NCBI RefSeq assembly: GCF_018350175.1
Contig: NC_058368.1
Coordinates: forward strand, 69,070,001 to 69,134,000
Length of the DNA stretch: 64,000 bases
DNA from: Felis catus
Taxonomy: Eukaryota
Direction of reading: 5' to 3'
Position 1 is the first letter of the stretch. Each line of letters begins with the position of its first letter. Position numbers and translations under genes: made by a program. Shown here piece after piece: positions 51,531-63,940 of the stretch. Below the pieces are notes generated by a model. The model did not search any database. It worked only from the letters and a program-made list of their open reading frames with translations, and was not told the origin of the DNA.

Positions 51531-53004
51531 TTATCATTATCTCCTTTCTCTGCTCCTTTTCTTCATCCCCAGTGCCTTCCAGCTGTCCTCCTGTCTGAAA
51601 GTGTCTACCTGGGCACATTTTAGATGGAGGCGTTCTTGATGAGAAATGAGTGGTAACTGCCCTACGCCTTTAATTTATAACCCGCAGAAATATTTGCATT
51701 GTGAGAGTGAAATTGTAGAGACTGAGCTCCAAAGCTCAAATTTCAGATGCCTACCAGGATGGAGGAGGGATTTCAGGCCAGGTGCTGCCCCGGGACTCTT
51801 CCTGTCACAGCAGCCAATGGGACAGACTTCTTACGGTTCAAGTTTAATTCCAGGATGTAGGCACTCATCTCTGACAGCAAAGGAGTGAAGAGTGGCTTCC
51901 AGTGGTTTATTTAAAGGGTTTCTGATGCTTCCTAAAGAGTCTTATTTGGCACTCACCAATTAGTGGCTTCCTGAAAGGGAAAAGAAGGAAATTGACCCAA
52001 CACCTTGTGACGAGGAAAGTCATCGGGTAATTGTGTCAATTCCTTATTTCTGTAGGAAGCTCAAGAAGAGGGTAAAACTCATTCAGTCAAACCAACCAAA
52101 TTAGTTCGCTCTCCTAATAAAGTAAAACTAATTTAGTTAATCTACTAATTTAAAGAAATTGGGAAACCACAAGTTAAAAGTCTATAATATGGTATAAATG
52201 TCAAAAGCAAGGCTACTTCATTCTTTAGCAGAGCTTCTTCTAGTAAAAAGAGCAACTTGAAATTACCACTAAGTTGGGATTTCCGAAGAGGTGCTGTAGA
52301 ACCTGATACCACAAAGGGAATGTTCCACACGATACCACTTGATCTATACAAAGGTACAATTCGTGCAGTCTGTGATATATATATCACATATATCCTGTTC
52401 CCTTAATCCAACAGGAAACCCAGATTTCATCGTTAGGAATTGTTTTCTTAGGAAACAAATTTTTCGTAGATAATTCACAGGTAAACTTGTCAGCCATCAT
52501 TATCACGGATACCATGTTATCTGTGTCTCAACTGGTGAGGTTATATTAAAGTCTTATGATTATTTGATCACGACTGATAATATCTTAGGGAGATTGAGAA
52601 TTACCGGAGAAGGACGACAAAGCTATTTGGACTCCCTGATGTGAGCAAGAAATCAGAAAAGGCTGCCATTCATGTAAGAACTAGAGGCCCAGTTCAGGGA
52701 GCTGGTCCAGGTGGGGTAGATCTGAAAGCATCTCCAACAGGCACAGTATCTACAGCCAAGGTGGTGTTGAATGCATAGCCCAGTGGCCAGAGTCCCAGTA
52801 AGATTCTTTCCCTGCTCACTTAAGACAAACTGGGGAGTTTCTCAAAATGGCTCTGTCACAACATTTTTGTTTTTAGGCTTGGAGAATGCATTGCTTTCAG
52901 GTCCAGGATGATCTGAAAAGGCTGGTGGTGGGAATTTCCACAGCAGGTGGATTTCTCAATCCAACTTGATCCCAGGCTCACGGTGCGGTGCGTGCAAAGC
53001 CAGA

Positions 53005-53018
53005 CTGCCACCTACTGA
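53005..53018 (-). promoter_or_regulatory. Candidate CTCF site
   Basis: Minus strand TCAGTAGGTGGCAG matches core CCRSYAGRKGGCRS at 13/14 positions; motif only. Confidence 0.45.
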
Positions 53019-54714
53019 CACGCAGAGGGGGTGGCCTACCATTGTTCTATTGTTAGGTATAATAAAGGTGCTGTTGATTACCAATGGTCCACTGGACCCC
53101 ACCTGCCACTTTTAAAAAACACGATAGGAAGGAGGGAGTCACTGATGTGAGACACGGATTATATTTTCTTAGGTGATTGGAAAAAAACGCTTTGCCTAAA
53201 CATACATAATATCTGCTGATGGGTCAGAACCGGAAGCGGAAGCTTGGTATGTTGAGATTGAGCAGGACAAATGTCACTTCATTTTAAACAGCTCCTCCCT
53301 CCCCCTTCCTTGGTGTTAGAAATGAGAGACAATAGGCTTGCACCATTTGACTGAAAACTCCCTGAAGGCAGAAATTATATCTTACTCAGGTTTCTTTTTT
53401 TCCTGGGCTGGACATCATGCGGAGCACTTAATACAGGCTGACAACAGTTTATTAAATGAGCGTTTACAATCCTAACAGTGACAATAATAATAAAATTAAA
53501 ACCCAACCCAGGGGCTCACAAAAATGAACCAAGATAACCCTGGGTTTAAATCCTGCCTTTAACTGTTACTCTGGGCAGTTTACTTAACCTCTCTCTGGGT
53601 TTCAATTATAATCTTTAAAATGAAGATGATGCGACTTCCCTCACCGGGTCGATCTATGATAATTCAGCGCCATGATGTAGATGACTTACTTACCACAGAG
53701 CTTGGCACAATAATACTTCAATAAACAGAAGTTTTTTAAAGAATAAAAAAAAAAAAAAAAGCCTAAGTTCCTGTGTGCAGCCTGTTCTGACCCAGGGAGA
53801 TGGTCTCCTACTCAGGAGACTCCAGCCTCACCTTTCCTGGGCAGTCTAAAAAGGTTCTTCCACTGGCCAGCCAGTTGCCTGACCTAACATGTGAGCACAA
53901 CCCAGAGAGCCATTGCAAAGCAGGTTGGGGGAGGTGGGAGATTAATTGAAGACTTTTATTATTGTTATTTTTAGTTACAAAACTGCAGGGAAACAATTCC
54001 TGTGGGATAGTGCATCTCTTGCTAGAAGGCAGAAACCCAGGTGGGAGGAGGGTTGACCATTAATCATGAGGAAGCAGGGAAGGAAATTGAGACAGGAAAT
54101 GTCAACACAGAAATGTCCTTACCCTGGGTCAACCTTAAGGCACGTGCATAGACCAGCATGCTAAAAGCTGCCCCCCCCCCCTGCAAACAAAGGCACCGGG
54201 AGAGGAAACAGCAAGCAACAGAATGTCAAACCAAAAATAAATCGGGCATGTTTCCTTTCTAAGGCAGAGGGGCCAGCTCCTCTTGTACTTGGCTCTCAAA
54301 TTCTTGCTGAAATTCTGGGAATCCGTCTTGAAAGAAAATGCTTGCATGCAGATAAGAAATAAAGCAGATGCCAGAAGAGTGGAGGATAGGAGCACAGCTT
54401 CATGGAACTTTTGTGAGCCTCACTTTCGAGCCTGCAACATGGGCATAAAACCCCTGCCTCTTCCTCCGTCTGGAGCTGCTAAGAAGACCAATGGATAACA
54501 CTGGTAACAGTGGGCTTGTCATGACCCTTTGAGTTTTTTTTTTTACTCCTTTCCGGAGAGAAAACCTTAATAGCCCCTCATGCCCTGGTCAGCTGAGGCA
54601 GGGCAAACCCAGCCCTCGCAGCTGCCCTCACACTCCCCTGATGGTGGGAAGTCACAAGTTTCCAGAAGGATTTGAGTGTTTGATTAAAACTTATAAAGAA
54701 AATTTACTTTTCAT

Positions 54715-54966
54715 TTGTTTTTTTAATTATTACTTTTTAAGTGTATTTATTTATTTTGAGAGAGAGAGCACACACACACAGGAAAGGTAGAGAGAGAGGG
54801 AGGGAGAGAGGGAGGGAGAGAGAGAGAGAGAGATTGAGAATCCCAAGCAGGCTCCACACGGTCAGCACAGAGCATGACATGGGGCTTGATCCCATGGCTT
54901 GAAATCATGACCTGAGCTGAAACCAAGAGTCCCACGCTTTACTGGCTGAGCCACCTAGGCACCCCC
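54715..54966 (-). mobile_element. Can-SINE
   Basis: Reverse-complement head ggggtgcctaggtggctcag, GA-rich region, T-rich tail. Confidence 0.94.
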
Positions 54967-55159
54967 TCTATTTGATTTTGTTAACAGTTGGCTTTTCTAG
55001 ACAAGTACTTCTTTTTTTTTTAAAGCAATCGATGTTGTTAATATTACCAATTAAGCCCTAAAGGATAAATTAATTAAATAAACGCTTATGCTAGGATAGC
55101 TTTTAACCCTAAAATATCTTTTACTCCCAATATCATTTTATCTTCAGATACTGCACTAT

Positions 55160-56100
55160 GTAAGGGAGGGATTAAGAGCACAAGCTTGGAGTCAAACAGA
55201 TTTGAGTTCAACATCCACAGGATAAGCACTAATTATGTATTAGTTAGCAATTTAACTGATCTATGCCTCAGTTTGCTCATCTGTGAAGTAGGAGAAATAA
55301 TGGTCTTAGGGTTTGCTGTGAAGACAGATGCACAATACGTAACTCCTCGATGTTTATAATGCAACTAAACCACAAAGTTTGAAGGTCTTATTCTTTAATG
55401 ATTTAGTAGATTCATATGCATTAATTCAGCATTTATTCCAGACCAACAGGCCCTGGGCACAATATGAAACAATTTTCCAAAGTTAACAAAGCTGGATTTC
55501 TCAACCTAGCTGATGAGAGAAACATGCAAACAAATCATTGCCATCCCATGCAATCAATGCAGCCCCAGAAGAAAGTTCCAAATTCATCTGGTCTCCAAAG
55601 AAGAGTGATCGACTCAGCTTGGTTGAATCTGAGAATTCACAGAAGTGGAAACTCATACTGGGTCTCAGAAGATGAAAAGGAATTTGCCAGAAAGAGGAAA
55701 GGGAGGACATTCCAGGAAGACAAGTAGTACGCTCTGAATTAGTCGTAACATAGTACAGTATCTTGGGGCAAGTTCCCAATTCAGCATGGGAAGCATAAAG
55801 TTCACAGAAGCAAGTTGCAGGAGATGGGGTTCGGGGACACTGAGGCTAGGTCACAGACAGCATAGTGTTTCATTCCAGAGGGTCTGGATACGATCTTGTG
55901 GGAAATGGGTAGGTTTTGAAAGATTTTAAGCAAGAGAGAAAATGATCAGATAGTATCTTTAAAAGCTGAATCCAGCAGCCTGGCTGGCTTGGTGAGACAC
56001 CTGGGGCAGTTCTTGGTTAAGAGTCCATTCTGATAGTTCAGGCCAAATAAAGAGTCCACACTAAGGTGAATTACCACACGGAGCCAGGGCACAAGGGAAG
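55160..56100. mobile_element. MIR (~55160-55340) followed by L2 fragment
   Basis: atgcctcagtttgctcatctgtgaa (MIR); gaagattttaagcaagagag (L2). Confidence 0.65.
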
Positions 56101-56226
56101 GAAAACATTAAGCAGGTGTCATTGGTGAGACACAGAGGCCCTTTGAAATTGTCTGAGGAGAGTGAGAGGTGGGGTGAAAGGAAGGGAAAGGAGTAAAAGA
56201 AAAAAAATCTAACTGAATAGACCTTT

Positions 56227-56472
56227 TTATTTTTTATTTGAGAGAGAGGGAGAGAGCACATGCAGGAGTTGGGGAGGGGCAGAGAGAGAGAGAGAGAGAG
56301 AGAGACTTTTTTTTAATTTTTATTTCTTTATTATTATTTTTTTTAAGAGAGAGACTCTTCAGCAGGCTCCATGCGGAGCCTGACTCTGGGCTCGATCTCA
56401 CGGCCCGGGGATCATGAACTGAGCTGAAATCAAGAGCCGGACGCTCCAGCGACTGAGCCACCCAGGCGCCCC
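56227..56472 (-). mobile_element. Can-SINE with an internal A-rich insert
   Basis: TSD taactgaatagaccttt / taactgcatggaccttt; extra A-tract at 56307-56345. Confidence 0.92.
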
Positions 56473-56699
56473 TAACTGCATGGACCTTTCTAAAACAAAG
56501 TTACTGGGGCTGGGAATGCGGAAGTAAACGCCACAGCCCCAGTGTTCAAGAAACATGCACGGGCCAGTGTAGAACACACAACTGAACCAGCAATTACAGA
56601 GCGTTTTGAGTCCTTTACGGTACATGTGACAGCATTTCACATCTGCTATCACAACTTCCTTCACTCCTCAGCTGCTCTGTACGTTCACCCCACCAGTCA

Positions 56700-56900
56700 C
56701 TCCACGGCGAGCACCCAAGATTGCCAGCAAACACAGGAAGCGAGAAGAGGCCGGAACAGAGGCTCCTCGCAGCTGTCCGAGGAAACCAGCCCCACTGACA
56801 CCTCCATGGATCTTTCTGGCCTCCAGAATTGTGAGATGCATTTCTGTGGTGTGAGCCACCCCGTTTGGTTGCTTTGTTACCGCGGCGCCAACGGACAAAG
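56700..56900 (+). mobile_element. MLT1 LTR 3' fragment
   Basis: gattgccagcaaacacaggaagc, ttctggcctccagaattgtgaga. Confidence 0.8.
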
Positions 56901-57239
56901 CATGCTGACAAGGAAGGAAAAGAAGGTGAAGACCTCAAAGGAAGTTTCACATCCGCTCACAGTAAAAAGAAAGTGTTGCCAATCCCACAAGCAAAAAGAA
57001 AGGCGTTTGCAGTGTGCACACCCTGAGCAGCGGGCCGAGGACACCCCGGAGCGCCAGGGTGAGGCGCAACACTCCGCGATGCCAGTGGTGACAGTCTCTG
57101 TCCTCCACCCAATCAGAGGAAACTATACGAACAGCACACTGCTCCTGCCAGCGCCTTCCATGATAGTTTCGGCGTGCAGTCAGCGGCATTATTGCAAATG
57201 TGTAGTAAATACATTTGTATTACTATACATATAGTAAAT

Positions 57240-57971
57240 ACGTGGGCAGTAAACTGGCTCCTCAAAAAAAAGCAAAACATACACATACTTTTTATTGTAA
57301 ATTTTAATAATAAATATGTCTCAATTTGCAAATAGTAATACTGTTTATGTACCTTTCTAACCAAGTTATTCCCACGGAACGCTTTTGTGGATTTTTAGCA
57401 AACCCTTGCCTCCATAGCCAACCTATAATTGCAGTGCAACATGACTGGCAAATGGAGCTGCTCCCCAATCCCTACCTCTTTTCCCAGTCCGTGTGCTGTC
57501 ATTAAACCTGATACGAGATTTTTTGATTTTTAAACTACGTCTCGCCCTTGTGTTAATAGTCGTTGAACTGAAATTCTCCCAGCGCCGGCTGTAAATCAGG
57601 CCTAAGCTATGACATCTGCTGATTTCCAGGGTGTGCGGACTGTACAATGGCCAGTTTCAAGCTACCAATATACCATCCCTGAACGCGGAGTTGGGGCGAG
57701 GTGCACTGCGGCACACGGTTATGTAGCATTTCCACCAGAGAGAGGCAGTCGGTGCAAATCACTTCAAGAGCACAGAGAAAGAAAAATGCACTAAAATATG
57801 TAGGAAGTAAATTTTAAGTATTATTATCTTTGTAGTATAAGCTATTTAATGGTAAGTTTATGGTACTTAATTTTTTATAATGGCTGTCTTTAGCAACTCG
57901 CTCTCAAAATTCCTGAAAATGTAACAACTGGCTCTCACAGGCTGGTGCAAGCCAGCACCAGGACGCCTCTG
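57240..57971 (-). mobile_element. MER63 (hAT-Blackjack) DNA transposon fossil
   Basis: Minus strand gagagccagttgttacattttcaggaatttt and ccaactccgcgttcag...ttggtagcttgaaa match MER63 as recalled. Confidence 0.82.
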
Positions 57972-60119
57972 TGCATGGCTAATACCAACAGTTGGATTGT
58001 CCCGTTATATGAATACAAGCAGTTTCTAAGCTGTACCCCGAAATGGAAATAGTTGCACCTAATGCAATATTTCTCTTTTCCTCCACCACCCCTACCCCAA
58101 GATTCAACCCACGGAATTCAGCACTACCCATCATCAGTCATGAACGTTCGTTATATTTCTACCGGGTACACTGAACTAGAAGGTCAGGGCCAGTCTCACA
58201 CACGCAGCAGTTGCTCAGCAAATATTTGCAGAACCAGTGACCTAAAATTATTACATGGTATTCCAAGTAATCATAAGTTTTCTTAAGGTACGTGACAATT
58301 TTTCTTTCCTTCAGCCCTTTTCTGTTGAATTTATGGACAAAATGGCATAAAACCAAACAGATAAAATGAACTGGACCCAGAGTAATTCTTGTCTTCACGT
58401 CCCACTCTCCTCGTTGTCACATCATGGCTGTTTGGCGTGGGAGGGCACCAGGCAGAGTTGTCTGAACATAATCCTAAGGGCTCTCGCTGGATGGCCTGGA
58501 CTATGAGATATCTGGAATCAGCAGAAGGGGCTGCATCCAAGCTTAGCTTTCCATGAGACAAGTCACTTCTTCCCTCTAGAAGGAGGCCCCCAAGGTCTGT
58601 AGGTGCTGGGCAGCTAATGGACCCAGACAAGTCCTACCTGTAATTGGCAGCCCAAATCCAGACTACCTGCTGCCAAGCAATCTTTGTATCCCCCACCGGT
58701 ATGGGAACTTTCTCTTTTCAATTGCCATGGAAAAAAAAAAAAAAAAAGAGGATTCCCATTGAGTGGTGAGGTTCAGCCACCGGAAGAAAGAACTACACTG
58801 AGGGTCCACCAGTGCCCCAGGCCAGCACACCTCTCTGGGAGGATGAGAGAATTGGTAGACCAGTACCTTCTCTTCCCTCGATGACCTGTGGCCCATGTTA
58901 GTTTTTCACTTTCCCAATAAAGCCTGTATCACAGCCCAAACTGGGTGACATTGTAGAATTCGCATCAATCCAGATGGGACTTACTTGGCAGAACAGGTAA
59001 AGTCCTAGCAGGAACCCTCCTTCAGCACAGGTGACCTGCCATGTTCCACATCAACCAAGTCTCTACGTGTAGTACTGAAGGAAAGCCGGAGATAAGGAAT
59101 CGGACAACCTGGAGCCCAGCAGTCCCCAAAATAGATGTGTAGTCTGGAAATGGATGTTCTAGGTCCCTATTCTACAAATTGGGTTATCATTGAATTTCCA
59201 ATGAACACACAAGCCCAAAAACAAAAGATAGTCAAACAAAACAAAATCCTAAGTTCCCCTCGATGCCAGGAAGCCAGTTGAGCTACCGAACTTAACATCA
59301 CATGATCTTTACTGGTAAGTTCCTGTGATGCCCAGGTGGGAACTGAGAATACAGTGCCAGAGCAGAAAGGTGGGACTTTGGTCTGGGGTCCTTTGGATTC
59401 CAACAAAGGAGATGTAACACAGTCAGTTTTACTAGATGTCGTGGCAAACAAGTATGTAACGAACAAATGGTAACTAGTCTTGGTTCACTGAAGTCTCTAC
59501 CGATGATCCAATAAAAAGAAGGATGATCCCCCGAAAGATGTGAAATATATATGCCAGCATATTTTGCCTTTGTACGTCTTTTCTGATCACTGTATAAAAG
59601 AATATCCAAGGTCATCAGCAAGATGCAATGGCTGGCCACCTTCACAAATACAAGGCAAACAGGAGCTCTAGACGTCGCTGCTTGACATTTTGAAAAATAT
59701 CTGGAGATAACTTCTGGGGTACCACAAGGTCAGACCACATTAAAAGAATACCTAGTCCTTCATGCTTCTGTTCCAAGAGTTTAAGGGCTGTACAGAAGAG
59801 AAGCGATCGAAGTCCAAAGAAATTCAGTCCATTTTATATTATTCTCTGGGTGCCTAATGCAGGTGGATAGAACGGTACATTGCAGATTGGTAGGAAAATG
59901 AAACTGGGCTTTGTTTGCTTGTTGTGCAGTACAACTCAGCAGTGGTGAGCATAATGGGGCAGTTGTCTTCCCAGCCCCGCCAATGACTAGTCCTGAGAGG
60001 CCAGGCTGCTCACGGACTGATTGACTGTGATGGTGTTTTCAGGGTACATCCGAGAGCAATAGCCACCACTTGGCCAAATGTGGCAGCAGGCCTCTGCTCA
60101 CTTAAAACACTGAGGTCAA

Positions 60120-60310
60120 AGAGCACCTGGGTGGCTCAGTCGGTTAAGCATCCAAATCTTGGTTTCAGCTCAGGTCATGATTCAATCAGGCTCTGCAGTG
60201 ACAGTGTGGAGCCCGCTTGGGATTTCTCTCTCCCTCTCTCTCTGCCCCTTCCAGGCTTGCTCTCTCTCCTTCTCTGTCACAAAATAAATAAACATTAAAG
60301 AAAAAACACC
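60120..60310 (+). mobile_element. Can-SINE with internal deletion of the B-box region
   Basis: Perfect TSD aaaacactgaggtcaa (60104, 60311); gtcatgattc runs straight into aatcaggctc. Confidence 0.94.
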
Positions 60311-62112
60311 AAAACACTGAGGTCAAGGTATTTCTGTTCTTGGAAGTCACAATGATGCCACCAAACAGAGAGAACAAAACCCTTGCCTGTCAGGATCTAG
60401 GTCTGACTGTCAAGAACCACCCAGGCCATGAAAGCTCCTTCTGCCCTCAAACAAGTAAACAAGTGAACAAATAAAATCGCAGCTCGCTCAGGTTGTCCTA
60501 AAAGCCGCTTGGAAAGCGCCGAATTGTTCTGGGCAGTAAACCCGTTTCATGAAGATGTTACAGGGATCGTTGCACTTATTTGTCTGGAGGGCTTTTGGGC
60601 CACGCATGGGGGAGTCATCCAGTTTCCGCATCATTATTTTTATAACCAGCAAAGTGATCCTTCTTGAAATTGCTTCAGGATCATCAACACTGAAAGGATA
60701 GGAATCTGAGACCTCGATACCATGATTCCTTTTCCCCACACATGATATATAGATTTTTTATGTTGGAAATCACATTGTGGTTGAGACAATCAAGTAATTA
60801 CTAATAGCACAAAGGAAGCCAGCACGCACACAGTAGCATGTACTAACGCTAACCCTGTTGAGCAGATCCCTTTCGAACAGGGGAGAAAGGCAGGGGTCAT
60901 GGCAGCCACAGCCACAGAAGCTGATTATAATAAATGCTGTCAAGAAACTGTATGCAATACTGACATTAATTGTGATAGAAGAGACGTGCCTGCAGTTTCT
61001 GTCTACAGACTCCCAGACGTTTTCTGTGTGCCCCGTGAACCCCAGAGCCCCGTCTGAAAGACGGAAGGTCGCTGCAAATTCCGAACACTAATAGCTTGGT
61101 TTGGATGGAAACATCTGACTTTGGTAGATTTTCTATAACGTATTTATTCATTGCACATTGACCTTCTACCTGGCACCGTTGTTTCTGTATACAACGTTAC
61201 AACACAGACATTCTTATGATATAACATCAAGTGAACAAAGAAGGCAACCCCAACCCGCATACACACAAGGTTCACCTTTGTACAGCTCACCTCCACCCAA
61301 CAACTACCAACAGCATTTGTATTGAATAATCCCTGTCTTTATTTGGAACACTGGAACTAGGTCGTTTTTTCCTCTTACAAAAAAAAAAAAAAAAAAAAAA
61401 AAACCATATTTTTTTCCAGGCTGGGATAGTTGTTCTTGACCCCTTTCATCTACCACATAATAAGTGTGAAAGCTATGCTTATCTTAGAGATATAAGATAA
61501 TTCACAGAGGGCTCTGAAACCCACCAAGTGTAAAGCATCTGAGATTTTTAAAAGATATTCATGCTGTAGGTTTTTAGTATTCAAACCTAAAGCATCAATA
61601 AATGGTTTCAAGGTGGACAATATAACACTGATTACCAAACTCCAAATTAACATTCATATTATACTGCTAAGATAATACACCTGCTTTTGCTTACTGGTGA
61701 GTTTAATTTCTCTAATAACTACAAATTGGCAGATTATGACTTGCATAGTCATTGAATTTTAGTGTTTTGAAGCCAGCCTACCTGTGTTTTAACAACCTTG
61801 TCAGTGTTTCCAGATCTAATCATCGAACCGAAGTGGCAAATGCAAGAAAGTGCAAAGGCTCATGATTGAGCAGTTTATAAACCCCAATAAAACTGATGTT
61901 GGTAAGAAGTTACCTCGTGAGAAATTATTTTTAATTTTGCTTAACATTTTAAGAAATGCTAGAAGAAATGTCAGTAGTCAGTGCGTGGCTGGTTATAAGG
62001 ATTCAAATTCAGATCTGACTGGCTCTAAATCCTGCCCTCTTTACTACATATCATTTCCAGAAAGGTCTGTCAAGTTGGTTCTATTCACTAACCTCCTCAT
62101 AACTTGTCTTTT

Positions 62113-62295
62113 TTTTTTTAATGTTCATTTATTTATTTTGAGAGAGAGAGAGAATGATCAGGGGAGGGGCAGAGGGAGAGAGGGAGAGAGAGAATCCCAA
62201 GTAGGCTTCAGGCTCAATCCCATGAACCTTGAGGTCATGACCTGAGCCAAAATCAAGAATCTGACACTTAACTGACTGAACCACCCAGCCGCCCC
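62113..62295 (-). mobile_element. Can-SINE (internally deleted)
   Basis: TSD tcataacttgtctttt / tcataacctatctttt. Confidence 0.93.
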
Positions 62296-62594
62296 TCATA
62301 ACCTATCTTTTAATAAAGTGTCTCCAAAAGGCCCAGTGCCTTTCGCATAGAGGAGACATAAGACAATTCTGAGGTGGGAAGATCTTGAAACATGCCTTGG
62401 GGCTAGTCTGCCAAAGGGACTCTAGAATTTTCCTTCCCTAGGCAGGGTCATCTCATGCCATCTGGTGTTTTGGAATATTAAAGGCACCCACCAAATTATT
62501 TGATAATGAAAAGCCTGTATTTTAAGGTTTTAGAGGACACTTATGTGAGAAACTGTTCCGTAAAGAGATCATCTAATCTGGGTTTGATTTCATA

Positions 62595-62725
62595 CTATAG
62601 GATTATAAGGTGGTACCAGATGGAGGAGACTGGGTGAAGGGTACATGGGACACCTGTGTACCATGTTTGCAACTTCCCTGAATCTATCATTATTACAACA
62701 TTTAAAATTACAAAAAAAAAAAGAG
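62595..62725 (+). mobile_element. L1MC/MD 3'-end fragment
   Basis: gactgggtgaagggtacatgggacacc...ttgcaacttcc. Confidence 0.75.
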
Positions 62726-63754
62726 ATAGCCTGTGTTCTGCAGGAGGGACACATGTTTTCTAAGGTCAGACGTGGAAGAGGTACCCCTCAAACTCCTACC
62801 TTCCCAGGTTCCTCCTGATCCTGGAGCCATGGCTCCCAGAGAGGGCTGGAGCCCCCCCACCCCACCCCCCATGTGGAGTTGGAATTCAGAGTCAGGGGGC
62901 TGGGTTGTGGCCCTGGCTCTCCCACTACCCAACTCTGTGATCTTGGTCATGCTACTTGGCTTCTGTATCTATTTCTTTATTTGTAAAATATGTCTCTTTT
63001 TCAGAAAACACCACCTCCGGATTCAGTTCGCTGAGACGTGAAGGGCCAGGTTGCCTATAAAGTGACATACAAACGTCAGTTTTCCTGACAATTATTTCCA
63101 TCAGATGTGGCCCAAGGAATGTGTGGGAGACCAGCGGGCCCTTCCATGGGCCTCAAGTCTCAGTGTGACACAGTAGGTGGGCTCCTGGCCTGCACCTTGG
63201 CCTCTTACCCTCAATACAAGCTTCACCACAGCCTTCGCTCCAAAGAAGCAACTTTGTTCCTCTTCAATGTAAGAAAGCTTTTCACAGTTGCTCTCCTCAC
63301 ACCCCAAAGCCACCGGGCTGTCGTGTTGCCCGACACAAGTCACGGTGGACCTGTCGTCAGCTGCCACTCAGGGCAACTCCCAGGCTGCCTTCCAAGGCTG
63401 GTAGCGGGAGACGTCATCTTGCCCTGGCATGTCCAGCAGAGCTGGGCAGTGGCACTGAGCACAGGGTCTGAAGTGCCCAGGTGAAGAAGTCTGGGTATTC
63501 TTTCCCCATTGAAAGCTAAAGACCAGCATGGTTCCATGGGCCTTGCCTTTGACCTTGAAGCCACGTGAGTCTCAGAAGCATGCTTGGGACTTCGTGATTT
63601 TCTTCTCTCAACAGTAGCACCCCGGAAAGCTCTCCCTTCTGTTCATGCCAGTACACTGGTGGGGTTTACTCAGGAAAACGGATGCCATGCTATGTATTCC
63701 ACACATAATAAACACCAAGGGAAGGGACGTATTGATGCGATTGTTTGTCTAAAG

Positions 63755-63940
63755 CTGTGGTCTAAGTTTGTTGTGGAGACTAGCAGCATCCTCATCACCT
63801 GGGAAGTTATTAGAAATTCGAATCTGGAGGCCATACTCCAGACCTACTGAATCAGTTACTCTGGGAGTAGAGCCCAGCAAGCTGTGCTCTAACAAGCACT
63901 CCAGATGCTTCTGGTGCAGCTGAAGTTTGAGAACTGCTGC
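63755..63940. mobile_element. MER5A (hAT-Charlie)
   Basis: agcagcatcctcatcacctgggaa...cagacctactgaatcag...aagtttgagaactgctg. Confidence 0.88.

Noticed and set aside
52371..52388. Perfect palindrome tgtgatatatatatcaca
   Set aside because: Mostly (AT)n self-complementarity; too short to be meaningful
52415..52480. 66-nt plus-strand AG...GT segment open in phase 0 (ETQISSLGIVFLGNKFFVDNSQ)
   Set aside because: Moderate splice sites, no partner exons, no recognisable peptide; expected by chance
56542..57234. 230-aa ORF, the longest outside L1
   Set aside because: GTG start, runs through an MLT1 LTR fragment, no recognisable domain; local GC/CpG enrichment explains the lack of stops
61379..61403. 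Isolated poly(A) run (possible retrocopy tail)
   Set aside because: No TSD and no recognisable upstream cDNA or repeat
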